Assembly (NCBI GenBank): GCA_965649765.1
Contig: OZ287754.1
Location: 59,954,001 to 60,018,000, forward strand
Source: Bispira polyomma
Taxonomy: Eukaryota
DNA: 64,000 nucleotides
Reading direction: 5' to 3'
Each line of letters opens with the position of its first letter. Within the stretch, counting starts at the first letter, position 1. The translations under genes and the position numbers were made by a program. Below the pieces are notes generated by a model. The model did no database searches. It saw only the letters and a list, made by a program, of their open reading frames with translations, and was not told where the DNA came from. Shown piece by piece: positions 1-12,894 of this stretch.

Positions 1-209
1 GATCTAAAAACTGCAATATACTGGCGTGTCGAAATGCAGACACGATTTTCAGGAATTAAAATGGGCGTCAACCACTTCCCTCAATCTAGGTCCGTATAAG
101 GTGACGGGTTAAAATTAGGCATTTTAGTGTATGGACTCCTGAATGACTTTGATTCTGTGACTGAGGGGGTCTACACTGTATATTACAAAACCTAATCAGG
201 CAGAAAATA

Positions 210-387
210 CCATCAAAACTGCTCGAGAGACCGCCTCTATAGAGAGACCACCTGTCTATAAATAGCACACTTTCATTTCCCAAGGCCAATGTTTAATGGC
301 ATATTGAACCTCTATATGAAGACCACCTGTCAATAAAGACTATGTTTGAGGGTTCGGTTGAGTGGTCTTTATATACAAGTTTAGCTG
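210..387. mobile_element. pogo/Tigger-like MITE (degenerate)
   Basis: agaccacctgtc internal repeats, ggtctttatatacaagtttagctg|ta end, TA flanks. Confidence 0.55.
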
Positions 388-871
388 TACTGAAAAAATT
401 CTAAAAAAACGCCCTCAGGGCTTAATAAAATAATTAAAGAAAATAATGTTGATACCATGGTGGTATACCATATTGTTACGAAACACAGTAATATGTATAA
501 AATATCTAAACTACACAGAAAATCTCTAGATGTTTAACTTTAAGCTAAAAAAAAATGTATGCTTATCTGCATTATCATAGAGTTATCAAATACAAGTCAC
601 ACTAAAATGTAACAGTTTCATCACTGAAGGAAATATGGTCGTGCTTTCCCATTTTATTTGTGGTAACTTGCTGATATATTGGCATTTAGTGAACTGAATA
701 TCTCTTTAAACAAGATGGGGTGGGGGTTATATTTCTGGAAGTTTTTTTCACGCAACTGTTGAGACGTGTGGGGACTTGTGGGAACAACATAACCACATTC
801 ACTATTGTTTAATACAGGAAATATTTTATGTTTCTATTACAAAAGAGTGAATATATCACTTTCATACACAT

Positions 872-1225
872 ATTGTGATTGCTGTAATACAAGCACCTAC
901 ATCATCATGTTACCACAACACCTGGGTTCTACATAAGAGACCAAGTCCCCACATATTACAACAGTGTTTACAATAATTCCAATACTGTGATTGCTGTAAT
1001 ACAAGCACCTACATCGTTATATTACCACAAAACCTGGGTTTTATAGAAGATACCAAGTCCCTACATATTGTAACAGTGTGTACAATAATTATAATACCAT
1101 AATTGCTATAATACAAGCACCTACATCATCATGTTACCACAAGAACTGGGTTGTGTACAATAATTATAATACCCTATTTGCTGTAATACAAGCACCTACA
1201 TCATTATGTTACCACAAGAACTGAT
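872..1225. repeat. 4 degenerate tandem copies (~77-113 bp)
   Basis: ttgctgtaatacaagcacctacatc...ttaccacaa four times. Confidence 0.85.
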
Positions 1226-1310
1226 TCTAAAAGTTAAACAGTGGTAAATCATCAGTGACGGTTTAATTTAAATATGATTTTCAAAAAGTTTTTCTGCAAC
1301 AGACATTCAC

Positions 1311-1429
1311 CAGTTGGCTTCATGGTTCCCCGAATCTGTCAAATGCCAAACGTAGATCCGTATTAGAGACTCAAAGGCCTGGGTCTCATGAGAGCGCCAC
1401 TCCCACTCAATGTGGCCAGGAAAATATAG
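1311..1429 (-). other. Candidate coding exon (LYFPGHIEWEWRSHETQAFESLIRIYVWHLTDSGNHEAN)
   Basis: Acceptor ttccaaatttcag|, donor CTG|gtgaat, open in phase 0, GC-richer than flanks. Confidence 0.35.
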
Positions 1430-1569
1430 CTGAAATTTGGAAGAATCGCCTAAAAGTGCATCAAATTTGACTTATTATTCATGGCAGGTATGTACACAGA
1501 AAATCGAACATGCAATTTACAAAATTTAGACCTAGACATTTACATTTTTTTATGATAATTAAAACCTTA

Positions 1570-1905
1570 GACAAATTAAACCTAAACATTGAAAATTTAA
1601 AGTCTAAATATAATAAAATTAAACATTGAAAATTTAAAGCCTAAACATAATACAACTAAATATTGAAAATTTAATCCCTATATATAATAAAACTAGACCA
1701 TGAAAATTTAATCCCTAAACATAATAAAACTAAACAATGACAATTTAAACCCTAAACATAATAAAACTAAACATTGAAATTTAATCTCTAGACAAAATAC
1801 TAAACATTATAAAATTCATAACCTAAAACTAAATGCTAAAATTTAAGCCCTAGATATTTAACATGACAAATAACTAAACAATCTTTTCAACCTAAAACTA
1901 AATGA
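1570..1905. repeat. Degenerate ~36-bp AT-rich minisatellite
   Basis: aaacattgaaaatttaa..cctaaacataataaaact recurring. Confidence 0.75.
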
Positions 1906-3718
1906 AACCTATGTTTTATACGCTCTCAATTATTCATGGCAAAAAAATTTTGAGGTCGCCTAAAAATTTAAAAAGAATCCTGAAATTGGTAAAAATTTAA
2001 GGTCAAAACATAGAAATAAACTGTGGTAAGGTAGAAAGCAACATTCATACAAATACATTGTGGCTGAAACATGGTCACGCCACAATGCAACACACGTACA
2101 TGAGATGTGGTGACAGAGATGAATGAAATGATGAGATAAGCACCCAGGTCTGTGACAAATGATAAAAAAAAAGAAAGAAAACAATTTATAAAAAAAAAAT
2201 CCATAATTTAAAAATCATCCAAAAAAGACAATTTTTTTTCAAACACCCAAAAAAATAAACACATAATTTAACACAGCAATAATGCACAGACCTGGGCAAC
2301 GTGATAAATGGTATACAAAATATGCAAGGCAGACAAAAGGTTCAAAAGTCGGCAATATGAAGGAAAAGAAAAGTTTAAAAAAAAACAAAAGTTTGAAAAT
2401 ACATGTGTAGATAAAGGTAAAATATTTTTAAAACCCTAAAGAAAGAAAAGGAGAATTTGGAGAAAGGATTTTTTTTTTTGACAATTAAAGCCTAAATTAA
2501 AGCCAAACTTTAAAAATTTAAACCCAAAACATAAAATTAAACTGTAAATTTAAACTCTTTTCCTTTGCCATTACATACTGCCAGGCTCTCAAGCCTCTGT
2601 CTGCCCTGCATTACAAGTTGGGCAAAAGTCCATGAGGACAACTGCACCAACTTGTCTTCATCCAATGAAAGATGACACAATGTGCTGATGAGACTCTTTT
2701 TTATTCAACATTTTTTATTTAACTATTTTTTTTTTACATTTTATATTTTATTAGTTTTTTTTGAGTCATAGTGAGGTGAAAGAGTTTATGCAAACATTTA
2801 TACTGTAAAAATACATTAATAAATATTATTACAAACTGATGAATTGGTACAATACCAGCACTGACCATGTGGGACGTCTTGAGGTGGCAGAGACACCAGA
2901 GACGCTTCCCACACAACTCCCAACCCTGGGCGCCTGCTGGAGCACCCCAAAAAAGCCTTCCCAAGTGTTTCGAGTCTAACGTTTCCAGAACTCCCTAGCC
3001 CTAATTCCGAAAAGGATTGAATTCATGAAAAGCAACAGTTGAAAGAACTTTAATTTAAAATATTGTTTGAACAAGAGTTTACATAATCATAATCAGCAAC
3101 TGAAAGAAATTGAATTTAAAATATCGTTTGAAAGGAGTTAAAATATTAATAATCAATTTTGAACAAATCGGACAAAGCCAAAAACTACCAGAAATAAATT
3201 TAAATTAAAGAATGTAAATTTTTTAAAGCTCAGAGACCGAGGGAATTCTGAAAACGTGACACGATGGGTTGGGAGATTTAATCATCGGCAAATAAATACA
3301 TTTAAAAGTCAAGATTTTATAAAAAGAAGAAAGAACCACCATTATCAAAAATGCAGAAAATAAAGAAAAAAAAAGGAAAATCACTATGCCAAGAAAACAG
3401 AAAGGTGCAAAATTTTTCACTTATCGAAGAAGATATGATATCGCACGACGCAAATATAAGAAACAAATTTTAAAAGTTGCTCAGTGCTCAACGAAAAATT
3501 GTCTGCGGAGCACTGTCAGATTAAGTTAGAGACCAATTTTGATTAAGTTAGAGACCAATTGTAAAGTTGTAAAATAAAATATGGAGCAGGACAGGACAGT
3601 GCAGTTTGTAAATTTTTGAAAAACTAGGTAAATTTCTGAAAACAAATATATTAGATGTAAAACTTTAAAGCGAAAAACGAAATTTACGAATAAAGTTACC
3701 CTCCCACCACCCTCCCCA

Positions 3719-3853
3719 GATCCGAGATGTTGAAACCCCAACATCAAAGGCGCAAGGAAAAAAGATCCGAGATGTACAAACCCCAACATCAAGGGCGCCA
3801 GAAAAAAAGATCCGAGATGTACAAACCCCTACATCAAAGGCACGAGAAAAAAA
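3719..3853. repeat. 3 x 45-bp tandem repeat
   Basis: gatccgagatgt.caaacccc.acatcaa.ggc x3. Confidence 0.9.
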
Positions 3854-5246
3854 TCAAAAATGCTTCTCAAACACCAATATACAACACAATACAAGGTCCA
3901 TATAAATAGTAGGAATTTTGACATATAGAGGCAGAAAATCGACATCGCAAACATCAGTAAACCAACAATTTGGCACTGTATATATAGGGAATACTAGTAA
4001 AAAAAAAGAAGTAACCAAAAATGCTTCAAGAACGCGAGATGTCATGATAAAAGACTAGGAATTTGGACACAAACGGGCAGAAAAGCGACATCGCAAACAC
4101 GCAAAATCATCAATTTGGCACTATAAAAATTGCAAGTAAAAATTTAGCCTATAAAAAGTAACTGCACCGCCAACACAACTGAAACAGGAGATATAGAAGC
4201 AGCTTTCTGCAATGTGAAATACTAGCATAGTTTAACAAGAGTTTAGTTTAAAAAAAAGAGTTTAGTTTAAAAAAAAGAGTTTAGTTTAAAAAAAAGAGAT
4301 TTCAGTTTATAAAAAGAGATTTTAGTTTATAAAAAGAGTTTACTTTTTCAGAAAGTTTAGGCAAGGGATTTCTGTTTCAAAAGTAAAGTATGACTTCAAA
4401 AGTAAATTTAGTAGTGATTTCAGAAGAAAAGTGTGATTACAAAAAGTAGTATCTTTAATATACGTTTAAGTTTAAAGCAATTTCTTTTCTAAAGTAAAAA
4501 TGTCTAATTTATATACAGTAATTGTAAATAGGAAAAACAGAAGCACTTGTGCAGCTTGTCAGTGTACATATGGATTAATGTGTACAGAAGAATACAAGAG
4601 ATCGTTCACCCCAGAAATGTGCAGTATTTAAATGTAAGGTTTGGTGTCATTAATGATGCAGTTGTGACCAGTTCGCAATGTTGTGATTTCATATTTCTTA
4701 TTAAGAAACTAAATAATTTTACAGATAAAAATGCATGTATATATATAAATATATAGGATATGCAGAACAATTTAGTCTACTCTGAATACATCAGTATTAT
4801 TTCATGCAGCTTGTGAAAATAACCCTGGTGTCTTTTAGTACGAACAGGAGTATCAATATATAATTAAGTTTTACAGATTGGACCTGGCCATGAACTCACT
4901 TTTTGGAGAATTTTCGTTTTTGGGCGGTGAAGGGTCTGAATTGCAATCAACTGTAATCAAACATGTGTAAAAAAATGTTAAGGGCTTTCACTTTTCAGTT
5001 GATAATTTGATCTTCTGCCTAAAATTCAGAATTGCTAATAATATCTTTGGAACAGAAAATTATTAAGATTTTCTTATAGGGTGAAAGACTACTTGGTGTA
5101 TAGTAAGAGATTGAAAAAGGTCTTCTTCAAATAGACATAAGCAACAAAGTGGTATAAAAGCTTTGCAGCTATTTTCAGTGGAGTGAACGATCTCAATACC
5201 TTACGCTAACACCCCCATGAAAAGACCAATTTCTCAATTTCATTTA

Positions 5247-5580
5247 CCGTATTCAACCTAATTAGCACACATGCCCCAAAAGTGCCCACCCTCCCAATTC
5301 CTTGCCTGGTATGGTTCTCTATTGGAAATCGAACTTCAGATATTGTGTTACTGGACATTTCAGCTGGAATAAATTTTCATTCAAAATTTTCTAGATGAGC
5401 GGAATTAAATTTCTCTACTGGACAGTTTTGACTTGATTTTTACTATCTCAAATCATTAGATTTACAATATTTTTGCTTTTTTTTGTTGCAGCATCCCTAT
5501 TTAAAGAGACACCTAAAACACGATTTATTGTGGTAAATAATTATCCTGAGGACAATGTGCACTAATTACGTCACATACGG
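5247..5580. mobile_element. Tc1/mariner-like MITE
   Basis: ta|ccgtattcaacctaattagcacacat ... atgtgcactaattacgtcacatacgg|ta. Confidence 0.7.
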
Positions 5581-5761
5581 TATTATGGTATTTATATTAA
5601 GTCACGTAATACGTGGAGCAAAAATAAGTACCTTGGAGTAATTATATATTACAATCTTTGTAGGTTAGGAGTTGAGCATTCAAGACTATTAATTTAATAT
5701 TGTACTAAAAATGTTAATGTTAAATGTTTTTTGACCAATTTTATATATTTTTTTTAAAAAT

Positions 5762-5983
5762 TTAGTTGGAATGCAGGTCATTTTTGACCTTTTACACTTA
5801 TCACAACAGCCAGATTCAATGGTGGAACAATAAACCAGTGCTAAAGCACTGTAAACCATCAACCTATGACAAGTTACCGATAAACTTTCTACATAAAGGA
5901 ATGAACAGGATTTCAAACCCAGATTGGTGCGAGGCCAACGATTACAAAGCAGTCACTTCTAACCACTGGGCCACCGCTGCCCT
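5762..5983 (-). mobile_element. tRNA-derived SINE copy
   Basis: Minus strand begins GGGCAGCGGTGGCCCAGTGGTTAGAAG (A box) ... GGGTTTGAAATCC (B box), followed by a conserved core. Confidence 0.75.
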
Positions 5984-6317
5984 TTCTTTTTATTACAAAT
6001 CCAAGAATAATCATTGATTGATCAGTTTGGACCCCTTCTTTGGTAGACTGGTTAGTTTTAACCCCTTCTTAAGACAAGGCAGCCTTTTCTTTTTGACTAG
6101 TAGATCCCAGTTCATCTGCCCATTTTATCTTAGTTTCATATTATTCATCATTTTGAGTGGTTTCTGACCTTGCTAACATAGCAATAGTTTTTGGTCAACC
6201 TTATATCAACCTATTAATTCTAATATTTTTTCAATTATCCGACTAATATGGACTCCCATTTACACTAATTTCTTTCACCCTTTCAAAAAAATAGTTTTTT
6301 TCCCTGGTTTTTTTAAT

Positions 6318-6512
6318 TTGTTTGGACTATACTTTGCTTTCAAAAACTTGGGTCAAATCACGATGGCCAGATCTTATGGTCGAAGAAATCACCGACCTAC
6401 AGCATGTTACTAACAAACTTTCCCACATAAAAGAAATTACAGGATCCTAACCCACATTGGTGAGATGCCAGTGATTATGAAGCGGGCAGTTCTAACCACT
6501 AGGCTGCGACCC
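6318..6512 (-). mobile_element. tRNA-derived SINE copy
   Basis: Same family: caccgacct, aaactttcccacat, ttctaaccact motifs. Confidence 0.7.
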
Positions 6513-6682
6513 TTTGTTTTTCAATACAAGTGCTACAGTGGTCATAGATTAGACATTAACACTGTTAATCATACTAGTTATTTTTCACCATTACCAAAAT
6601 GTTTTTTTCTTGGTTATTTTAGTTAAGTTGGGTTTTACGTTGCTTTCAAAAACTTTGATCATATCACAACAACCAGATCTAT

Positions 6683-6930
6683 TTTTATTATGCATTTTTA
6701 ACGCGCTTTATTCATGCTAGCTATCAACTAAAGTGCAACAGCAGAATCAGTAATCCGATCGTAAAGTCCATGGGCATAGCAAGGTAGTAAGGGTAAGAGG
6801 GTTAACAGCTGGTTAATGAAAAAGCAACCAGACTGGGTGTTAACCCACCCGATAGCGTCTGGCGGCAAGGGGCGCAACTCCCTTTCACCCTTCAGATGAT
6901 GAAGGGTGCCGTAGCCTAGTCCTATCTAAT
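6683..6930 (-). mobile_element. Retroelement fragment with an L2-type 3' tail but a different body (probable L2-dependent SINE)
   Basis: 6697-6785 matches the L2 3' terminus at 48757-48845. The remainder is unrelated to that L2. Inserted inside another SINE. Confidence 0.55.
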
Positions 6931-6977
6931 GACCACCGACCTACAGGTAGTTGTTAACAAACTTTCCCACATGAAGA

Positions 6978-7866
6978 AACTAGACCTAGCGCGCCGGAGA
7001 ACCGATGCATATTTGTATCCACCAGAATGACAAAGCACCTTAGCTAGCGAGCACCCTAGCTTCGACCCAAGCTAGGAGCCTTTGATTTCCTATAGGGCAT
7101 TTATGCTAAAGCCTTAAATTGCACAAGTGGGTTTTACATTGCAAACATGTGGGACCAATAAGTGTGAGAGGCACTTTAAAATTTGGCCTACTCGTTTGAC
7201 CTTGCACGAATTGAACCAAGGTCAAATCTGACCACAGCAAAAGATTAGCAGCTCATCATTTTCTATTGGTTGGTTTCACATCCCAAACCTGTATGACCAA
7301 TAATAAGCGAGATATAGGCACTTTTAAGTTTGGATACCTTGTTTGACCTTGAATGAGTGGCCCAAGGTCAAACGTGAGTACATAAAAATATTCCCAGCCC
7401 ATGAACTTCTATAGGTTGGTTTGGCACTCCAAACCTGTTGAACCAATAATAAGCGAGATCAAAAACATTGAATGAGAGGGCCAAGGTCAAATCTGAGCTC
7501 ATCAAAAGATTCTGTTTATGATTTCCTATAGGTTGGTTTCAAATCCTAAACCTTTAGGACCAATATTAAGCGAGATATGAGCACTACGGAAAGTTTGGCT
7601 AAAATCGGTCACTTGGGGTACTTTGGCACTCTGTCGATGACCTTGAATAAAGAGATTGAAGGTCAAATGTCTGTCTGCATGCTTATGAAGGACATATATA
7701 TCCATTAAACATATCACCCGTAAAGAGATTCAACCTTCTACAGCTAAGAAACAGACACAATAAAAAACCCTAGTATTTTCAAAGAAACTCCAAGCAAGCT
7801 TTTGTAATAAAGAACATTTCCTGTAAATTTCAGGAGGCTAGGTGTACAGGTTTTCCCAGGAGAGCG
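6978..7866 (+). mobile_element. HINE/Helentron-associated non-autonomous element with internal ~115-bp tandem units (3'-truncated)
   Basis: Starts aactagacc...atttgtatccaccagaa. Repeated tgacc...aaggtcaaatctgacc...ataggttggtttc units. Shares sequence with the copies at 22858, 51488 and 61003. Confidence 0.75.
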
Positions 7867-9399
7867 AAACAGGATTCCAAACCCACATTGGAGAGAGCCC
7901 AATGATTACAGAGCTGTCAATTCTAACCACTGGGCCACTGCTGCCCTTACTTTTTAATACAAGTCTAAGAATAATCCTTGATTGGTCAGTTTTGAGCCCT
8001 ACTTAGGCAAATTGGTTAGTTTTGACCCCTTCTTAGGACAAGGCAGCCTTTTCTTTTTGACTAGTATAACCCAGTTCAGCTGCCCATTTTTACTTAGTTT
8101 CATATTATCCATAATTTGTGTGGTTTCTGACATTGCTAACATAGCAATAGTTTTTGGTCAACCTTATTAGCCTATTTTTCACCCTTTCATCGGACTACCC
8201 TAAAAACTCCATTTTTATCTCCTGCAATTAATGAGCAGCAAGAATATTCCCTTTACCTTGATCAGCCTCCAGTTGGTTATGTACATCTCTCATTCTGCGT
8301 GTGTTTGGTTAAATTACGCATTCAACTGATAATGTATCTAAGTCCACTCACCTTTGCCAGTTGTGTCTCTCGTGATATATGGGTTGATAAATTAGGTATA
8401 TTTTACTAGAACCATATACAACAGAGCACTAGAAGCCACTCATATATTATGACTTGTATAGACAGGGTCATGCGTGTGCGATGTTACTGTAGCCTACAAT
8501 ATAAATCATTATTAACCCCCATTAGTTCAGTACCACACTCACACTACCAGGAAACTGGAGTTAACTTAACCCCAACATATAATTGTCGGTCTGTCGGAAT
8601 TCAACCAGTGACACACTACAACCAGTATACAGGAGTTGACTTAACCCAACCATCTGTATTAGTTTCCCCCCCACCCCCCCCACACAAAAAAAAATGTGGA
8701 CCATTCAACACTGCTACATATTGCATCACATAATAAAAACATGGTCAACCTTTTCTGGACTAATGGTGGAGATGCCTTTTTCTAGTGTTAATTGACAAAC
8801 CACAAATGACATTTTTGGGGGAGTAATCCAATATTGATCACAAAACTGTAGTCTAAAAGGTATGGTACTGAATATACTGACTGTTTGGAATAATGGTGTA
8901 GTTTGGTGGGTCAAGGAACATGTCAACCATTGAAGTGCAGCTTTAGAGCCATTTTCCGGAACAATTTGGTGTACATTTACAGCAACTAAGCTGAAGTGTG
9001 TAAAATAACAGAGAACCTGAAAAGACAAGGCTATAGAAAAAACTGCTTTTAATACTTATGGAATAAAATTGCAATTATTTTTTGTTTGGAAAAAAAACCC
9101 TTTCTTTAAAAAAAGACAGTTTTGTATATATAGCCTTGTTTTACACTAAAATTTAAATTACACACATTATCAATAATGACATTTTTCCAACACATTTTGG
9201 ACAACCAAACTAATGATATTTGCTTTTTTGGCTTTTTTGGTTAGGTTTTCAAGTATTAGGTAGATTTTAAAGTTTATAAACAAAAAGATAATTAGATTTA
9301 TGTGTAGAAATTTTGTACAGTTTGTTCTGTCAGTCCCCCCCCCCTCCCCCCTGCATTCTCTAGGTTGGTTGTCTCACAAAGAAAAATCATGATTATACA

Positions 9400-9634
9400 A
9401 ACAATGCAGACTCTTGACCTAATTTCCCCAACTGTGAAGTGTTCCTTTTGTACACTGTTTCTGTTAATCCTGTGGTCTAAATCACTGTCCCAAACACACA
9501 ATGTTCTTTCTTGGTAATGTTCTTTTGCCTTCATATGGCTCATATTAGTCCAATCCATTCCAATCCCCAAACTCTTTTGAATTGTCTATGTCTTGGTGTC
9601 TGTGGCACACTCCTGTTACACTAGACTGTGTGGT
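9400..9634 (-). other. Candidate exon (possibly terminal; far boundary uncertain)
   Basis: Strong acceptor ccttattttcag| after a repeated pyrimidine tract. Phase-0 reading TTQSSVTGVCHRHQDIDNSKEFGDWNGLD*. Confidence 0.4.
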
Positions 9635-9701
9635 CTGAAAATAAGGTAAAAGAAAATAAGGTAAAAGAAAATAAGGAAAAAGACTAAGTTTTGCCCCGAG
9701 A

Positions 9702-9982
9702 AATACACTAAAACGGACAAAACGGCTACCATAAGCAAAATGTTGTAAATTTTGCCCGACATAAACTTGCCGTCACAGTTGTGCCAATGTTTTTAGTTTA
9801 GCTTTTATTTAAAATTAATTTATATGTACCATATCGGCATGAAATAACACAAAATCAGCAATTCTAGCATATAGAAGAAATGAGGGGATGCATTTATTTT
9901 TACCAGATTCTATCTCTATATATGCTGATTTTGGTTTACAACATTTTGCTTATGGTAGCCATTCTATTCCTTTTGGTGTATT
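9702..9982. mobile_element. Palindromic MITE
   Basis: Perfect ggctaccataagcaaaatgttgtaaa / tttacaacattttgcttatggtagcc inverted repeat, plus outer and inner partial pairing. Confidence 0.7.
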
Positions 9983-10618
9983 CCGTCGTCAAAATAACAG
10001 CAAGGAATCTCTAAAATAGGGACAGATTATATGGTCTGGGTGCAGCCTATTGTTGTAGATAAACCCAAATTTGTTTGATTAGGGAAAGTCAGATTACACC
10101 ACTTCCACTGTAAATGATACCTTTTATATATTCGCTCACAGCTTTACAAAATATTATCGTTACATTACCAGTGCTTTTGCAAACGTCATTTTATATAATC
10201 CTAGTAACAGTGAATTGTTCTCGCATGTTTTACTGCATATTGTTCAACTTCATACATATAAGCAATTGTTTGAAGTTTATTTTAACAAAATTTCAAACTT
10301 TGAGTTGTGATTATCTATTGCTGGGAAATCCCCAGACCTACTGTGCACATGCTCCCGCATCTGCGCACGTGCATTAAAAACACCTGAGATTTAACGCCAA
10401 TCCTCGCCCACTAAAGACAGACCCTATAGCAACTGTGCCGTACAGTTTACTGATGGGAGCAAATTAGAACAGGTTAGTTGTTGGCCTTCAGCAAGTCCAC
10501 TGCTAATTTCTCCAAATACACAAAAGCCTGGATATCAGGTGGGAGCCAAATTAAGTGACCCCATTGAATGAAAAAAACACTATTATACAGTACACACAAT
10601 ATACTATATAAATTTTTT

Positions 10619-10788
10619 CAGTCAAACCCCTTTAAGTGGAACTCTGATAAGTCAATTTTTCTGTTATGTTAAAGGGAACCTGTTGAAGTATGGCATTTTC
10701 TTTTAAAATCGAACATCTTAAGTGAGCGTCCTGCTGATCTAGAGGTAATTCTTCTGGTCCTTTGAGGGATTCTACTTAAAGGGGTTTG
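10619..10788. mobile_element. pogo-like MITE (cagtcaaacccctttaagt family)
   Basis: TIR caaacccctttaagt / acttaaaggggtttg. Confidence 0.65.
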
Positions 10789-10908
10789 TATACAAGATGA
10801 AAACACCCACTTGATAATGATTTTGTGCTTGTAAATATGATTTTGTCATCCAGTTAAGAACTGAAACCCCAAAACTAGCTTTTACACCAAACAGATTAGA
10901 CGACTCAC

Positions 10909-11196
10909 CAGTATTGTGTACTCTGTCAACTCAGTTGCAGTTGCCCTTTAGCTGTACACTTTTGATGGTCTCATGTACACATGGCCTCATCTTGATGACC
11001 ATCTGGTATAGCAGCTTTGCATATGGGTCTTGGGTGACGACATTGGCATGTAGTCAGCCATTGGCAACTGCATGTGTGGATGATATTCCTGTACCTCAGC
11101 CAGTGGAGTGGTACCTCAGGATCATTCAGAGTCACAAGGATAGGTACTCTTGAGGGGTACCTCTAACCTCTGCCGCATTAGGTTCGCACTGGAAGC
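10909..11196 (-). other. Candidate 288-nt exon with stops in all frames (non-coding or pseudogenised)
   Basis: GC-richer block bounded by acceptor ctttttgtatctacatccacag| and donor CTG|gtgagt. Confidence 0.5.
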
Positions 11197-11939
11197 CTGT
11201 GGATGTAGATACAAAAAGTTACAAAATACAAATAATTAATATTAAAAAAGTCAAACAACTTTTCACAGAAAAAGACTAAAAAATGCTGAAATCTTAAAGG
11301 AAGCATATTCAATTAGAATTCAGTTAAAAGTTCGGTCTACAAGATCAAGTACAGTAACCACTGAAAGTGAAACCTTTTTTCTCAGACCCATTAGGATACT
11401 GGTGAATTGTGCAACATACCTCCAGTGAACACGCGTCTTTATAACATGAATAATTTGGCTGGGGTTCCAAGATTGTTCACCTCATTGAGGTATTTTTGTG
11501 TTCAGTATTATTTTGTCAAAAGAACAAAAACAAATCTCTCTTCAGCATGTCATTGTAAACTTGGGAGGTACCCTCTGGGACAATACACAACCATAGGTTG
11601 CAGTAAACAGTATTATTTAGTAGACGTTTAGTCTACCTTCAACCCAGTGTCCTTACCAGTAATGTACGTGGCTGTCATCCTCTATGACCTTGGAGACTTT
11701 TTTTTTTTTTTAACATCGTCTCCAAGACATCTAGGCACCTACAATATAGAAGTTCGAAAGAATTAAAATCGATCTCAAAGGTTTATATATCTATTTGTTT
11801 TTCACATATCTATTCCATCAGCCATTTGTTAGCAATTTCAGGGTCATTGGAGTGTTCTTAAACTCAAAACATTGTAATTTCGCTTAAGACTACTGTAAAA
11901 CTGTATTCGGAAATATACCTATTAGGTCTATACTTAAAT

Positions 11940-12165
11940 TGGGGGTTTAACATAACTATCAACAGGTATTCTGGTCATATGGACAGGTCACTGGTAGAGG
12001 AAATCATTACAGAGCAGTTTACGATCAACATTCTGGTCATATGGACAAGTCACTGGTAGAGGAAATCATTACAGGGCAGTTTATAAAGGTTTTATGCAAA
12101 AAAAAACAACCAGCCTTCAGTAAGTCAACTGCCAACATTACCACATACATGTAATGGTTTTCAAA
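11940..12165 (-). mobile_element. Degraded SINE copy with an internal ~59-bp duplication
   Basis: gggggtttaac...ggtcatat...ggtagaggaaatc...aagtcaactgccaac. ctggtcatatggaca..cactggtagaggaaatcattacag occurs twice. Confidence 0.55.
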
Positions 12166-12266
12166 CACATTTTAGGTTGTATCCTGACATACAGTGGGCC
12201 GTTGGGAAGGAAACACAGTGCAGGGTAGTTGGTTAAGGTTTGCTGCTTAACAAAAACTGTCCTTAC

Positions 12267-12301
12267 CTTTCTCTGCCTATTGGCCCTCTAAGTGTGTGAA
12301 C
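12267..12301 (-). other. Candidate 35-nt exon
   Basis: Acceptor cttctatttacag| and donor AAG|gtaagg. Confidence 0.5.
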
Positions 12302-12577
12302 CTGTAAATAGAAGCTTTACAACCACAGAACATCTTAAACACTGCACAAAAGAGAGTGACATTGGTCAGACATGCACAAATGGTCACCTCACAGTTTAGA
12401 GGGAGAAAAATCTTTATTTCATATATTTTCATATTTTAATTTTGTTTTCATCCTCATTTTCTTTTTTTTTTCATTTTTTTTTCATTTTTTTTTTTCATTT
12501 TTTTTTTCAATTTTTTTTTCAATTTTTTTTCATTTTTTTTTTAAATTTTTTTCATTACCTTAAATTTTACGATTATA

Positions 12578-12724
12578 CAGTAGAAACCTTTATTATCCAA
12601 ACTTATATTCAAGTATTCAAATTGATGAATTATGTGGAATTATGTGGAATTATATTGTTCTCGCCCTATTATCAAAACATAAATCTGGGTTTTCCAACCT
12701 GTTCAGATAACAGAGTTTCTACTG
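12578..12724. mobile_element. pogo-like MITE (cagtagaa family)
   Basis: ta|cagtagaaac ... gtttctactg|ta. Confidence 0.65.
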
Positions 12725-12894
12725 TAATCATTTCAATAATGCAAGCTGCCACACACTCATTCAACACCATTCTATACCTATACTTGCTACTTGGCTTACA
12801 CATCTTTGTGTATCTCTAAATTGACTGCCAACAAAATGCATGTAGATGCACATATATCTATAGCAAGTCTACACACACACTACATGCTAACAAT

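Larger units (their letters stand above)
6625..7946 (-). mobile_element. tRNA-derived SINE copy split into three pieces (6625-6680, 6931-6977, 7867-7946) by two insertions
   Basis: Pieces are collinear with intact copies once the 6683-6930 and 6978-7866 inserts are removed. Confidence 0.7.

Noticed and set aside
5900-5983. tRNA gene
   Set aside because: A/B boxes are present, but the sequence runs into a SINE core in many degraded copies and I see no intact cloverleaf.
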